DNA of 64,000 nt from an uncultured Gemmatimonadales bacterium (lineage in GTDB: Bacteria > Gemmatimonadota > Gemmatimonadetes > Gemmatimonadales > Gemmatimonadaceae): assembly GCA_963707505.1 (NCBI GenBank), contig CAVPQB010000004.1:736001-800000 (forward strand). The letters are read 5' to 3'. Positions 40,651 to 50,216 of the stretch are shown here, piece by piece. Both the position numbers and the translations under genes were made by a program. Numbering within the stretch: the stretch's first letter is position 1; each line of letters opens with the position of its first letter. Under the pieces are notes generated by a model that did not search any database, was not told the origin of the DNA, and worked only from the letters and a program-made list of their open reading frames with translations.

Positions 40651-40917
40651 TCAGACCGTGGTGGTACGCCCGCGGACGCTCATGCGATAGATCCAGAGCA
40701 GGATCAGCGCGCCGACGATGGCCAGAACGAGGCTCCACAGCGAAAAGCCGGTGAGGCCTACGCCGGTGATCATACCACCGATCCAGCCGCCGATGAAGGC
40801 GCCGATGATCCCGATGATCATCGTTACGACTATCCCACCAGGGTCGGTCCCCGGCGAAATGGCCTTCGCGATGGCACCCGCCAGCAAGCCGAGTATGATC
40901 CAGGCAATGATGCTCAT
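40651..40917 (-). CDS. GlsB/YeaQ/YmgE (transglycosylase-associated) membrane protein
   Basis: MSIIAWIILGLLAGAIAKAISPG..PGG...GIIGAFIGG...AIVGALILLWIYR. GGAGG SD. Confidence 0.92.
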   Translation of the reverse strand: MSIIAWIILGLLAGAIAKAISPGTDPGGIVVTMIIGIIGAFIGGWIGGMITGVGLTGFSLWSLVLAIVGALILLWIYRMSVRGRTTTV

Positions 40918-41002
40918 ACAACCTCCGATATGGTGGAAAGACGACACATATCAGCATGGCAACCACCGTACCACAATCGCGCGCGGTTAGATTGAAAGCC
41001 GC

Positions 41003-42811
41003 ATGACCGCGCCCGCCCTGTCATTCCACGAAGAAGAGGCGCTCGGCAAAGCTTACGACAGCAGGTTGATGCGGAGGCTCCTGGCCTTCGCCGCACCGTA
41101 CCGAGCGCTGATCGCCATCGCGCTGTTCTTCCTCATGATCGAAGGCGCCCTGCAGCTCGTGGGGCCGTTTTTGACGCAACGCGTCATCGACGTCGCAATT
41201 CCGCAGCACGATTATGCGACGATAAAGCTCGCGGTTGTGCTGTACGGACTCTCGCTCGTTCTGGAGCTCGGGACGTCGTACGGCCAGACCTGGTTCACGG
41301 CGCTGCTGGGCCAGAACGTGATGCGCGACCTCCGGCTGCAGCTCTTCAGTCACCTCCAGCGGCTGCCGATCGCGTTCTTCGACCGAAATCCTGCTGGCCG
41401 CCTCATCACGCGCGTGACGTCGGACGTCGAAACGCTGAACGAGCTCTTCACGGCGGGCGTGGTGAGCGGAATGGGCGACCTGTTCACGCTGCTCGCAATC
41501 AGCGTCGCGATGCTCGTGACCGACTGGCGGCTGGCGCTCGCGGCCTTCGGCGTGATTCCGCTCGTCGTTCTCGTCTCGCACGTCTTTCGCGTCAAGGTGC
41601 GCGAGGCCTATCGCGACATTCGCACTCGACTCGCCCGAATCAATGCCTTCCTGCAGGAACGGCTCGTTGGGATGCGTGTCGTTCAACTGTTCGGAAGAGA
41701 GCGAGACGAGGCTCGACGCTTCGACGAGCTGAACAGGAGCCATCTGGATGCACATCTGCGCTCGATTACGGTCTACGCGCTGTACTTCCCCGCGATCGAG
41801 ATCCTTACGTCGGTTGCCTTGGCAAGTCTCCTGGTCGCCGGCGCTGCGCGAGTCGAGGCGGCGACACTGACGGTCGGAACCGTAGCCGCTTTTCTGCAGC
41901 TGGTACGGCGCTTCTTTCAGCCCCTACAGGACCTCTCCGACAAGTACAACACGCTCCAGACCGCGATGGCCAGCTCGGAGCGGATATTCCATCTTCTGGA
42001 CACGGAGCCCTGGGTGGACGTATCAGGTGACGAGCACCTGACGCGAGAGCGTCCGAAGACAGTCCTCGTGGAATTCCAGAACGTCTGGTTCGCCTATGAC
42101 CGTCCGCACTCGGCGGCCTCCAGGGCAGCCGCCGAGCCTGAATGGGTGCTCCGCAACGTCAGCTTCACTGCGCGCCCCGGTCAGACACTGGCGATCGTCG
42201 GACACACCGGCGCAGGAAAGACGACGATCGTCAGTCTGCTGATGCGATTCTACGATCCGCAGAAGGGACGGATCCTCGTCAACGGAAAGGATGTGCGCGA
42301 CATGCCCGTGGAGCAACTTCGCGAGCTGATCGGATACGTGCAGCAGGACATCTTTCTATTCGCGGGGGACGTCGCCTCAAACATCCGTCTTTCGGCGCCG
42401 CTCTCGGATGAGCAGGTGCAGTCAGCGGCGGAGCAGGTGGGGGCCGACAGAATCATCCGCCGCCTTACAAATGGCTATCATCAGGTGTTGGGCGAGCGTG
42501 GCGCGTCGATAAGCGTCGGCGAGCGCCAGTTGTTATCGTTCGCACGGGCGGTCGCCGCCGATCCCGCCTTGTTGATCCTGGACGAGGCGACGAGCGCCGT
42601 GGATAGTGAGGTCGAAGCTGAGATCCAGCAGGCGCTGAGCGTCCTTCTGGCCGGACGGACGACGATCGCCATCGCGCACCGTCTGAGCACCATAGTAGAT
42701 GCGGACGATATTATCGTGATGCACCATGGCGAGGTGGTGGAACATGGGACACATGACGCACTTCTTGCGCTGGATGGCCTGTACGCACGCCTCTGGCGCT
42801 TGCAGATTTAA
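41003..42811 (+). CDS. ABC exporter, fused permease/ATPase (MdlB-like)
   Basis: TM domain, GHTGAGKT, ISVGERQLLSFARA, LILDEATS and IAHRLST. Confidence 0.93.
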   Translation: MTAPALSFHEEEALGKAYDSRLMRRLLAFAAPYRALIAIALFFLMIEGALQLVGPFLTQRVIDVAIPQHDYATIKLAVVLYGLSLVLELGTSYGQTWFTALLGQNVMRDLRLQLFSHLQRLPIAFFDRNPAGRLITRVTSDVETLNELFTAGVVSGMGDLFTLLAISVAMLVTDWRLALAAFGVIPLVVLVSHVFRVKVREAYRDIRTRLARINAFLQERLVGMRVVQLFGRERDEARRFDELNRSHLDAHLRSITVYALYFPAIEILTSVALASLLVAGAARVEAATLTVGTVAAFLQLVRRFFQPLQDLSDKYNTLQTAMASSERIFHLLDTEPWVDVSGDEHLTRERPKTVLVEFQNVWFAYDRPHSAASRAAAEPEWVLRNVSFTARPGQTLAIVGHTGAGKTTIVSLLMRFYDPQKGRILVNGKDVRDMPVEQLRELIGYVQQDIFLFAGDVASNIRLSAPLSDEQVQSAAEQVGADRIIRRLTNGYHQVLGERGASISVGERQLLSFARAVAADPALLILDEATSAVDSEVEAEIQQALSVLLAGRTTIAIAHRLSTIVDADDIIVMHHGEVVEHGTHDALLALDGLYARLWRLQI

Positions 42812-42837
42812 CAATCACCTTTGAAACGATCACGCTT

Positions 42838-42859
42838 GTGAGCCTCTAGTGAGCCTCTA
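42838..42859 (+). repeat. 11-bp tandem duplication (GTGAGCCTCTA)x2
   Basis: Two exact copies immediately before the GTG start at 42860. Confidence 0.9.
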
Positions 42860-43651
42860 GTGCATTTTGCAGTAGCCGCCGGCTCGGACGTCGGACGAGT
42901 TCGGAAAGGGAACGAGGACAGCTTCTTTGCGGACGCCAACGAGTATCGCGGCCTGTTCATGGTCGCGGACGGGATGGGCGGGCACGCGGCCGGTGAGGTC
43001 GCGAGCCAGATGGCCGTCGAAGTGGTTTCGGTGGACCTGGAGAAGCTCAAGGACCTCGAGAGTGCGGACGCGCTCGAGATGGTGTCGCTTGCGCTGCGCC
43101 ACGCCAACCGATCCGTGTTCGAGCGGAGCGCCGCCGAGCGGGACAAGATGGGGATGGGGAGCACCGCATCGGTGCTTGTGCTGGGCGACGAGCGTTTCAT
43201 CATCGGTCACCTCGGCGACTCCCGGATCTATCTGTTTCGCGACGGCGAGCTGCGCCAGATCACGCACGACCATTCGGTTGTGCAGGAGCAGATCGACGCC
43301 GGCCTCATCACGCGCGATGCAGCCAAGAACCACAAGCAGAGCAACGTGATAACGCGCTGCGTTGGAATGGGCTGGGACGTGGAGCCCGACATCACTGACG
43401 GTGACGTTCGCCAGGGCGATGTGTTCCTGCTCGCCAGCGACGGTCTCACCGGCATGGTGGACGACTGGCGTCTTCAGCAACTGCTTGGCTCACGCGCGAC
43501 GCCGGACCGCCTGGTGGACGCGATGATCTCGGAAGCAAATGCGCGCGGCGGGGTAGACAACATTACGGTTGTCGTCGTGCGCGTGCATTCGTCGTCTGCC
43601 ATGGCGACAGGGGCGCATCCGACAAATCCCGGAGCCGGTTCAATTGGCTGA
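42860..43651 (+). CDS. PP2C-type Ser/Thr protein phosphatase (Stp1/IreP)
   Basis: SDVGRVR..NED, VADGMGGHAAGEVAS, HLGDSR, LLASDGL and GGVDNIT. Confidence 0.94.
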   Translation: MHFAVAAGSDVGRVRKGNEDSFFADANEYRGLFMVADGMGGHAAGEVASQMAVEVVSVDLEKLKDLESADALEMVSLALRHANRSVFERSAAERDKMGMGSTASVLVLGDERFIIGHLGDSRIYLFRDGELRQITHDHSVVQEQIDAGLITRDAAKNHKQSNVITRCVGMGWDVEPDITDGDVRQGDVFLLASDGLTGMVDDWRLQQLLGSRATPDRLVDAMISEANARGGVDNITVVVVRVHSSSAMATGAHPTNPGAGSIG

Positions 43652-43847
43652 AGAGCCTTTCGAACAAGTGTCCGAATCGACGCAGGATGTTGGCGAGTTG
43701 GCGCGACTCTACCTTGGAAATATTCTGTATGCGCTCGAGCTGGCCTCTCTCTCGCTGGAAGATCAGGGAAAGAGTCCCGACGCGCAGTTCTATCGCGGCA
43801 TAGCCCGGAAGCTGGCGGAGGCGCACGGCGCTTCCAGAAAGGGTTGA
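43644..43847 (+). CDS. Small hypothetical protein (67 aa)
   Basis: TTG at 43644 after GGAG, overlapping the PP2C stop. Helical-looking MAEEPFEQ...ELARLYLGNILYALE...FYRGIARKLAEA. Fills the gap to hppD. Confidence 0.6.
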   Translation: MAEEPFEQVSESTQDVGELARLYLGNILYALELASLSLEDQGKSPDAQFYRGIARKLAEAHGASRKG

Positions 43848-43884
43848 CGATCGGGATCGGCATGTACCACAACGGAGGTACTAA

Positions 43885-45027
43885 ATGGCAACGGCGACAT
43901 TACCAGAGCAGGCAGCGACGGGAGACACGTTCCCGATCAACGGAACTGATTACATCGAGTTCTATGTGGGGAACGCGAAGCAGGCGGCCCATTATTACGT
44001 GAGCGCATTCGGTTTCAACGTGGTCGCGTACAGAGGTCCGGAGACAGGCGTTCGCGACCGGGCGAGCTATCTGCTGCAGCAGGACAAGATCCGTTTCGTT
44101 CTTACCACCGCGATTCGTCCCGATCTGAGCGATGAGGCCAAGACCATCGCCGATCACGTCTACAAACACGGTGACGGCGTGCGCGATCTTGCGCTCTGGG
44201 TGGACGACGCGCGTGACGCGTACGCAAAGGCGGTCGAGCGCGGCGCCGAGTCGGTACACGAGCCGCGTGTGATGCGTGATGACAACGGCGAGATTGTCAT
44301 CGCTGCGATCAAGACGTACGGTGAGACGATTCACTCGCTGGTGGAGCGAAAGAACTACAAGGGACTGTTCATGCCGGGCTTCCGGCCGGTGACGCAGGCG
44401 TACCAACCGCCGTCGGTGGGCCTCAAGTACGTCGACCACTGCGTCGGCAACGTCGAGCTGGGCAAGATGAACGTGTGGGTCGATTTCTACGCGACCGTGA
44501 TGGGTTTCCGCAATCTCCTCACGTTCGATGACAAGATGATCAGCACGGAATACTCATCCTTGATGTCGAAGGTGATGGCGAACGGGAACGATCGCATCAA
44601 GTTCCCGATCAACGAGCCGGCGGCCGGCAAGAAGAAGTCGCAGATCGACGAGTATCTGGAGTTCTACAAGGGGCCCGGCGTACAGCACATGGCGCTGGCG
44701 ACGGACGACATCATCGGAACGGTGAAGCAATTGGTGGCTCGCGGAGTTCAGTTCCTGAGCGGCGTACCTGGCACTTACTACTCCGACCTGAAGGAGCGCA
44801 TCGGCAAGATCGACGAGCCGATCGACGAGCTTGCGAAGCTCGGCATTCTGGTCGATCGGGATCCGGACGGATATCTGCTGCAGATCTTCACCAAGCCGGT
44901 CGAGGATCGGCCGACGGTGTTCTACGAAATCATTCAGCGCAAGGGAGCGAAGAGCTTCGGCGCAGGCAACTTCAAGGCGCTGTTCGAAGCGATCGAGAGA
45001 GAGCAGGAATTGCGCGGGAATACGTAA
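43885..45027 (+). CDS. hppD: 4-hydroxyphenylpyruvate dioxygenase
   Basis: DHCVGNV, KFPINEP, SQIDEYL, GVQHMAL, LLQIFT, FYEIIQR and FGAGNFKALFEAIE. Confidence 0.97.
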   Translation: MATATLPEQAATGDTFPINGTDYIEFYVGNAKQAAHYYVSAFGFNVVAYRGPETGVRDRASYLLQQDKIRFVLTTAIRPDLSDEAKTIADHVYKHGDGVRDLALWVDDARDAYAKAVERGAESVHEPRVMRDDNGEIVIAAIKTYGETIHSLVERKNYKGLFMPGFRPVTQAYQPPSVGLKYVDHCVGNVELGKMNVWVDFYATVMGFRNLLTFDDKMISTEYSSLMSKVMANGNDRIKFPINEPAAGKKKSQIDEYLEFYKGPGVQHMALATDDIIGTVKQLVARGVQFLSGVPGTYYSDLKERIGKIDEPIDELAKLGILVDRDPDGYLLQIFTKPVEDRPTVFYEIIQRKGAKSFGAGNFKALFEAIEREQELRGNT

Positions 45028-45030
45028 CCC

Positions 45031-46230
45031 ATGCCTATCTATCACACGTTAGGCGAGATTCCGAGAAAGCGGCACATCGCGTTCCGGAAGCCGAATGGCG
45101 GTATATACGCCGAAGAGCTGATGGGACACGAAGGGTTCACTGGAACGTCCTCGCTGCTGTATCACACGTATCCGCCGACGACTGTCAAGTCGGTGCGACG
45201 CGTCAAGGAAATGAAGTTCGAGGAAGACAAGGACGTGACGCTTCGCCACCGCCACTTCCTCACGTCGCGCATCAAGAAGGGTGGCAGTCCGACGATGGAT
45301 CGCATTCCGCTGCTGTTCAATCAGGACGTGGCGATGCTGTACGTCGAGCCAAGTGTGGAAGACAGGCACTTCTACAGGAATGCGCAGGCCGATGAGCTGG
45401 TGTACGTTAGCAAGGGCAAGGGTGTGCTCGAGTCCATCTTTGGCGAGCTACCGTTTGGCGAGGGTGACTATCTCGTCATCCATCGCGGCATCATGCACAA
45501 GTATCGTTTCGACAAAAAGGCCGAACAGCCCAAGCTTCTCATCATGGAGAGCAGGGGACACATACGGTGGCCAAAGAGGTATCGCAACGAGTTTGGCCAG
45601 CTCGTGGAAGGCGCGCCGTATTCGGAGCGCGACATTCGGCGTCCCGTGTTCGTTCCACCACACGACGAGATGGGTGATTTTCCGATCTACGTAAAGCAGT
45701 ACGACGGAATCAACGAGCTGGTGTTGGATCACCATCCGTTCGACGTGGTTGGATGGGACGGATATTTCTACCCGTGGGCGTTCAACATCATGGACTTCGA
45801 GCCGATCGTGGGACGCGTGCACCAGCCGCCGCCGGTTCACCAGACGTTTCAGGGCGACGGTTTCGTGGTCTGCTCGTTCTGCCCGCGTCCGTACGACTTT
45901 CATCCGGAAGCGATACCGGCTCCGTACAACCACTCGAACGTCGATTCGGACGAGGTGCTGTATTACGCGTCGAGCGAGTTCATGTCGCGCAAGGGAATCG
46001 AGTTCGGCTCGATCACGCATCATCCGGATGGTCTGCCGCACGGTCCGCATCCGGGTCGCGCAGAGGCGTCGATCGGCGCCAAATACACCGACGAACTCGC
46101 GGTGATGATGGACACGTTCCGTCCGCTCAAGGTGGCGAAGCAGGCGCTCGACATCGAAGATCCGAATTACCACAAGTCATGGATCTCGGCGCAACACGAG
46201 CAGGCAGCGTTTTCTCCGCCGACGTCGTGA
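45031..46230 (+). CDS. hmgA: Homogentisate 1,2-dioxygenase
   Basis: HPFDVVGWDG, HQPPPVH, PYNHSNVDSDEVLYY, HGPHPG and ELAVMMDTF. Adjacent to hppD. Confidence 0.95.
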   Translation: MPIYHTLGEIPRKRHIAFRKPNGGIYAEELMGHEGFTGTSSLLYHTYPPTTVKSVRRVKEMKFEEDKDVTLRHRHFLTSRIKKGGSPTMDRIPLLFNQDVAMLYVEPSVEDRHFYRNAQADELVYVSKGKGVLESIFGELPFGEGDYLVIHRGIMHKYRFDKKAEQPKLLIMESRGHIRWPKRYRNEFGQLVEGAPYSERDIRRPVFVPPHDEMGDFPIYVKQYDGINELVLDHHPFDVVGWDGYFYPWAFNIMDFEPIVGRVHQPPPVHQTFQGDGFVVCSFCPRPYDFHPEAIPAPYNHSNVDSDEVLYYASSEFMSRKGIEFGSITHHPDGLPHGPHPGRAEASIGAKYTDELAVMMDTFRPLKVAKQALDIEDPNYHKSWISAQHEQAAFSPPTS

Positions 46231-46319
46231 GTTTGCTCGCCGGTGCGCGTCGCTGAAGCTCGTCGTTACCGCGAATGTGGCTCGGGGACACGTCATACAC
46301 GCGAACGCCGCTCAGAGAC

Positions 46320-46425
46320 TCGTCATTCCCGCGAAAGCGGGAATCCATCTGCTGCCGACCAGGTTTGTGGTAACATCGCACTCAAAGATCGATAACATGG
46401 ATTCCCGCTTTCGCGGGAATGACGA
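46320..46425. repeat. RPE4/dRS3-like palindromic element with 29-bp perfect terminal inverted repeats
   Basis: TCGTCATTCCCGCGAAAGCGGGAATCCAT (46320-46348) and its exact reverse complement (46397-46425). Each arm contains ATTCCC-N8-GGGAAT. Confidence 0.85.
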
Positions 46426-48455
46426 CGCTTAGCCCGCGAGTGGATTCCGAAGCAGTACAACCCATCTGGCGCCCGTCGCCGGAACAGGTTCGTGACGCGA
46501 ATCTCACGCGGTTCGTCGCGTCGCTGCGATCGCGCGGCGAGCTCGCCGCGGGCGAGAGCGGTGTCCCGCTACCGTACGGCGTGTTGCACGAGTGGTCCAT
46601 TCGCAACCGCGAAGAATTCTGGCGCGCGACGGCTGACTTTTGCGGATTGATCGCAGACGGTTTCGATTCGAGCAAGTGCATCGGACTCGATCGCATGGCG
46701 CCGCCGGACGCGGAGCTCGGACCGAAATGGTTCGATGGAACGACGCTCAACTTCGCCGAGAATCTGCTGCGGTTCAGAGACGACCGGCCTGCGATCATTT
46801 CATGGAATGAGAAGGGACGACAGCATCAGCTGACGTTCGCGGAGCTGGGCGGCGAGGTGAGCCGCATCGCAACCGCGTTGCGCGACATGGGCGTCGGAGT
46901 CGGTGACCGCGTCGCAGGCTTCCTGCCGAATATTCCTGAAACCATCATCGCCATGCTTGCGGCGACGACGCTCGGCGCAGTATGGAGCTCGTGCTCGCCG
47001 GATTTTGGAGTGCAGGGAGTGCTCGACAGATTCGGGCAGATCGAGCCCAGGGTGCTGGTGTGCGCTGACGGTTACCGCTACGCAGGGAAGGAGATCGACT
47101 GCCTTGCACGCGTGCGCGAGGTTGCGTCGCGCATTCCGTCGATTACCAACGTGATCATAGTGCCGTATCTCGACGACCGCGTGGACGCGGCGACAGTTCC
47201 GCGTGCCGTGCGGTGGGATTCGCTGCGACGCATCGGACGGTCGCCCGCGTTTGAGAGACTGCCATTCGATCATCCCGTGTACGTGATGTACTCATCCGGC
47301 ACGACGGGCCTTCCCAAGTGCATGGTGCACGGTGCTGGTGGAACGTTGCTGCAGCATCTCAAGGAACTGGTGCTGCACACCAACCTCACGCGCGACGACA
47401 GGATGTTCTACTTCACCACTTGCGGGTGGATGATGTGGAACTGGATGCTGAGCTCCCTCGCTGTCGGCGCGACGGTGGTGCTGTATGACGGCGCACCGCT
47501 GCAGCCGCGCGCTGATATCCTGTGGGATCTTATAGAGCGGGAGCGTGTTACGGTGTTCGGAACCAGCGCAAAGTACCTGGCGCTGGCGGAGAAAGCCGGT
47601 CTCGTTCCGAAGACGAGTCACAACATAACACGGCTACGCTCGATTCTTTCTACTGGAAGTCCACTCGCGGATCACAGCTACGACTACGTGTATCGGCAGA
47701 TCTGCGACGACGTTCACCTCGCGAGCATCAGCGGCGGCACCGACATCATCTCATGCTTCGCGCTGGGGAATCCAACGGCCCCGGTGTATCGCGGTGAGCT
47801 GCAGTGTCGCGGACTTGGAATGGCCGTCGACGTGTTCGATACTGCGGGGAATGGCGTCGCGCGATCGCCTGGCGAGCTCGTATGCACGCGCGCGTTCCCG
47901 AGCATGCCGGTGGGGTTCTGGAACGATCCGGACGGCTCCAGATATCGCGCGGCGTATTTCGAATTCTTCAAGAACGTGTGGCGGCATGGCGATTGGGCGG
48001 AGCTCACCGAACATGATGGGATGATCATCTACGGCCGCAGTGACGCGACGCTCAACCCGGGCGGTGTGCGCATCGGGACAGCAGAGATCTACCGGCAGGT
48101 GGAGCAGCTTCCAGAAGTGATCGAGAGCGTCGCCGTGGGGCAGGAGATCGGCGACGGCGCGCACGGGGATGTCAGGATCGTGCTGTTCGTGAGGCTGCGG
48201 GACGGGGCGACGCTATCGGACGATCTGGTACAGCGGATCAAGCTTCAGATACGGACCAATACGACGCCGTTGCACGTGCCCAAGGTCGTGGTTCAGGTCG
48301 CGGATATACCGCGCACCATTAGCGGGAAGATCAGCGAGATCGCGGTGAGGGAAGTGATTCATGGACGGCCGGTCAGGAACGTAGAGGCGCTGGCGAATCC
48401 GGCCGCCCTGGAGCTGTTCCGTGACCTCTCGGAGCTGGCCTTAACGCAACCGTAG
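46419..48455 (+). CDS. Acetoacetate-CoA ligase (start 46419 or GTG 46440)
   Basis: IWRPS, LNFAENLL, SSCSPDFG, YSSGTTGLPKC, FTTCGWMMWNW, SISGGTDI and GRSDATLNPGGVRIGTAE. Confidence 0.95.
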   Translation: MTTLSPRVDSEAVQPIWRPSPEQVRDANLTRFVASLRSRGELAAGESGVPLPYGVLHEWSIRNREEFWRATADFCGLIADGFDSSKCIGLDRMAPPDAELGPKWFDGTTLNFAENLLRFRDDRPAIISWNEKGRQHQLTFAELGGEVSRIATALRDMGVGVGDRVAGFLPNIPETIIAMLAATTLGAVWSSCSPDFGVQGVLDRFGQIEPRVLVCADGYRYAGKEIDCLARVREVASRIPSITNVIIVPYLDDRVDAATVPRAVRWDSLRRIGRSPAFERLPFDHPVYVMYSSGTTGLPKCMVHGAGGTLLQHLKELVLHTNLTRDDRMFYFTTCGWMMWNWMLSSLAVGATVVLYDGAPLQPRADILWDLIERERVTVFGTSAKYLALAEKAGLVPKTSHNITRLRSILSTGSPLADHSYDYVYRQICDDVHLASISGGTDIISCFALGNPTAPVYRGELQCRGLGMAVDVFDTAGNGVARSPGELVCTRAFPSMPVGFWNDPDGSRYRAAYFEFFKNVWRHGDWAELTEHDGMIIYGRSDATLNPGGVRIGTAEIYRQVEQLPEVIESVAVGQEIGDGAHGDVRIVLFVRLRDGATLSDDLVQRIKLQIRTNTTPLHVPKVVVQVADIPRTISGKISEIAVREVIHGRPVRNVEALANPAALELFRDLSELALTQP

Positions 48456-48501
48456 GCGTTTCCCAGTTGCGATTCCGCCGCGCCTTCGCGAGGTTACGCG
48501 G

Positions 48502-48999
48502 ATGCCAATTTTTATCGCCTTGTTCGCCTCCGCCACGATGGCCGTCGCGAGCCCGTCTCCGGTGCAGCACCCGGTGATGCATAGTGTGACAGTTACCGTC
48601 GCCGATACGGAGCCAGCCTGGCGGTCGGTGCGCGCCGATACGATCGGCGATCTGCTCTTCACCACCGAGACGCTGAACGGTCGCGTGCGCTTTGTTGCGG
48701 GTGGCCGCACTGGTGCCACCGCTGTCACGACCTCGGATTTCACTCCGGATTCCGTTCGGACCTGGACCGCTTCTGCAGCCGAGCTCGCGTCCAGCGCGAC
48801 ACCGAAGATGGGCGAGATGCGCGGACTCGGCCTCGCCCTCACTCTCAACGTCACCACGACGACGACCGGGGAGACGGCATTCGGATTCTACGTCGGCGAC
48901 GCGGTGAGCGATCAGCAGGTCGCGTTGGCGCTGACAAAGGACAAGGTCATGCAGCTGACGTCCGACGTGAACAAGGCACTGGATGCGATAGGGCACTGA
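48502..48999 (+). CDS. Hypothetical exported protein
   Basis: Signal-peptide-like N-terminus. Ends just before a strong terminator. Confidence 0.6.
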   Translation: MPIFIALFASATMAVASPSPVQHPVMHSVTVTVADTEPAWRSVRADTIGDLLFTTETLNGRVRFVAGGRTGATAVTTSDFTPDSVRTWTASAAELASSATPKMGEMRGLGLALTLNVTTTTTGETAFGFYVGDAVSDQQVALALTKDKVMQLTSDVNKALDAIGH

Positions 49000-49015
49000 C
49001 GCAATCCTTTCAACT

Positions 49016-49063
49016 GCAGCAAAGAGGGCGCCGATCGAGTGAGATCGGCGCCCTCTTTGCTGC
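49016..49063. terminator. Bidirectional terminator between convergent genes
   Basis: 21-bp perfect stem GCAGCAAAGAGGGCGCCGATC / GATCGGCGCCCTCTTTGCTGC. Confidence 0.85.
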
Positions 49064-49078
49064 CATCTATCGACGCCG

Positions 49079-49978
49079 TTACTGCTTTGTCACCTTGTGC
49101 GTGTCGAGGTTGAGCATGTACGCGGTGCCGTTGATGGTCATCGGTACGTTCACCGTTCCGTTGAACGTAACCACCACCTGTCGTGTCGCTGTGTGCGTCG
49201 TGGTGTCACTCGCTTCGCGAGTCCGTACCACTGTGTAGTTCTTCACGAACGTGCCGCTCAGCGGATACGGGTTGATGTCGCGCGGCTGCCGGAACTTGAT
49301 GGCGGACGCCGTATCGGTCGATGTGAAGGTGTAGTCCTTCGTTATCTGGCCCGTGCGAGTGGAGTGAACTGAACCGGTGCCGCTGCCATTCCAGGTGTGC
49401 ACTGTATCGCCGAGGAGCGTGGAGACGGTCCGGTTGTGCAACCGGTACGTGGTGTCGGAGAATGTGTTCTGGTTTGCGCTGAAGCTCGTCTGACCAGTGT
49501 CGGCAACGATGAAGTTTATCGACGCCGTCGTGGACTTGCTAAACGCAGACTGCGTAGTGCCGTTCGCATCGAACAATGCGTAGCTGACGGTATACGTCTG
49601 CGTACCGCGCTTCATCGGTGGGCAGTTGAATCGTCCGGTCGCAGCATTGAACACGCACGACGGACTGATCCATGCGGCCGATCCGCCTGACGGTGGCGTG
49701 TTGACTATCGGAGAAACGCCCGCGCCCACGATCGTTGCGCCGGGACTGTTCACGGAGAACGAAGCGCCAGATCCGGTTAGATCAGCGCCGGACATGAATG
49801 AATAATCAGTCGCGACATCCTCGCCGGCACTCGGCGCCAGGTCCGGCGTTACCGACGCCTCGAACGCAGCTGAGGATGATGGCGACGATGCGCCCGGTGC
49901 AGTCGAGTCGCTGCATGCTACGCCCGCGGCTACCACTAGCGCCGCTGTCAGCGTTGATAACAGGGAACGTGTTTTCAT
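49079..49978 (-). CDS. Hypothetical Thr/Ser-rich lipoprotein
   Basis: MKTRSLL...GVAC lipobox and a beta-rich body. GGAG upstream. Confidence 0.75.
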   Translation of the reverse strand: MKTRSLLSTLTAALVVAAGVACSDSTAPGASSPSSSAAFEASVTPDLAPSAGEDVATDYSFMSGADLTGSGASFSVNSPGATIVGAGVSPIVNTPPSGGSAAWISPSCVFNAATGRFNCPPMKRGTQTYTVSYALFDANGTTQSAFSKSTTASINFIVADTGQTSFSANQNTFSDTTYRLHNRTVSTLLGDTVHTWNGSGTGSVHSTRTGQITKDYTFTSTDTASAIKFRQPRDINPYPLSGTFVKNYTVVRTREASDTTTHTATRQVVVTFNGTVNVPMTINGTAYMLNLDTHKVTKQ

Positions 49979-50216
49979 CGTATAAGCTCCGTGCCACGAG
50001 GGCCAGGTTCACAATCCGCGCACCAACCGGTGTCTTGCGCGTCGTCGGCGTTTACCGACTTCGCCATCTATGACGCCAAGTCTCGTCAGTGTGTTAAGAG
50101 CCCTGCGATGATAGCGCATAAAGGAAGCGCTAACGTTTACGGGGGAGGGGGCTGCGAAATTCCGGTAGCGATAGATAGTTGACTAAGTCAACTAATTTTG
50201 ACAGGGGCCGTAAGAG

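Noticed and set aside
46261..46425. CRISPR array
   Set aside because: Only two arms, inverted rather than direct; no spacer series and no cas genes.
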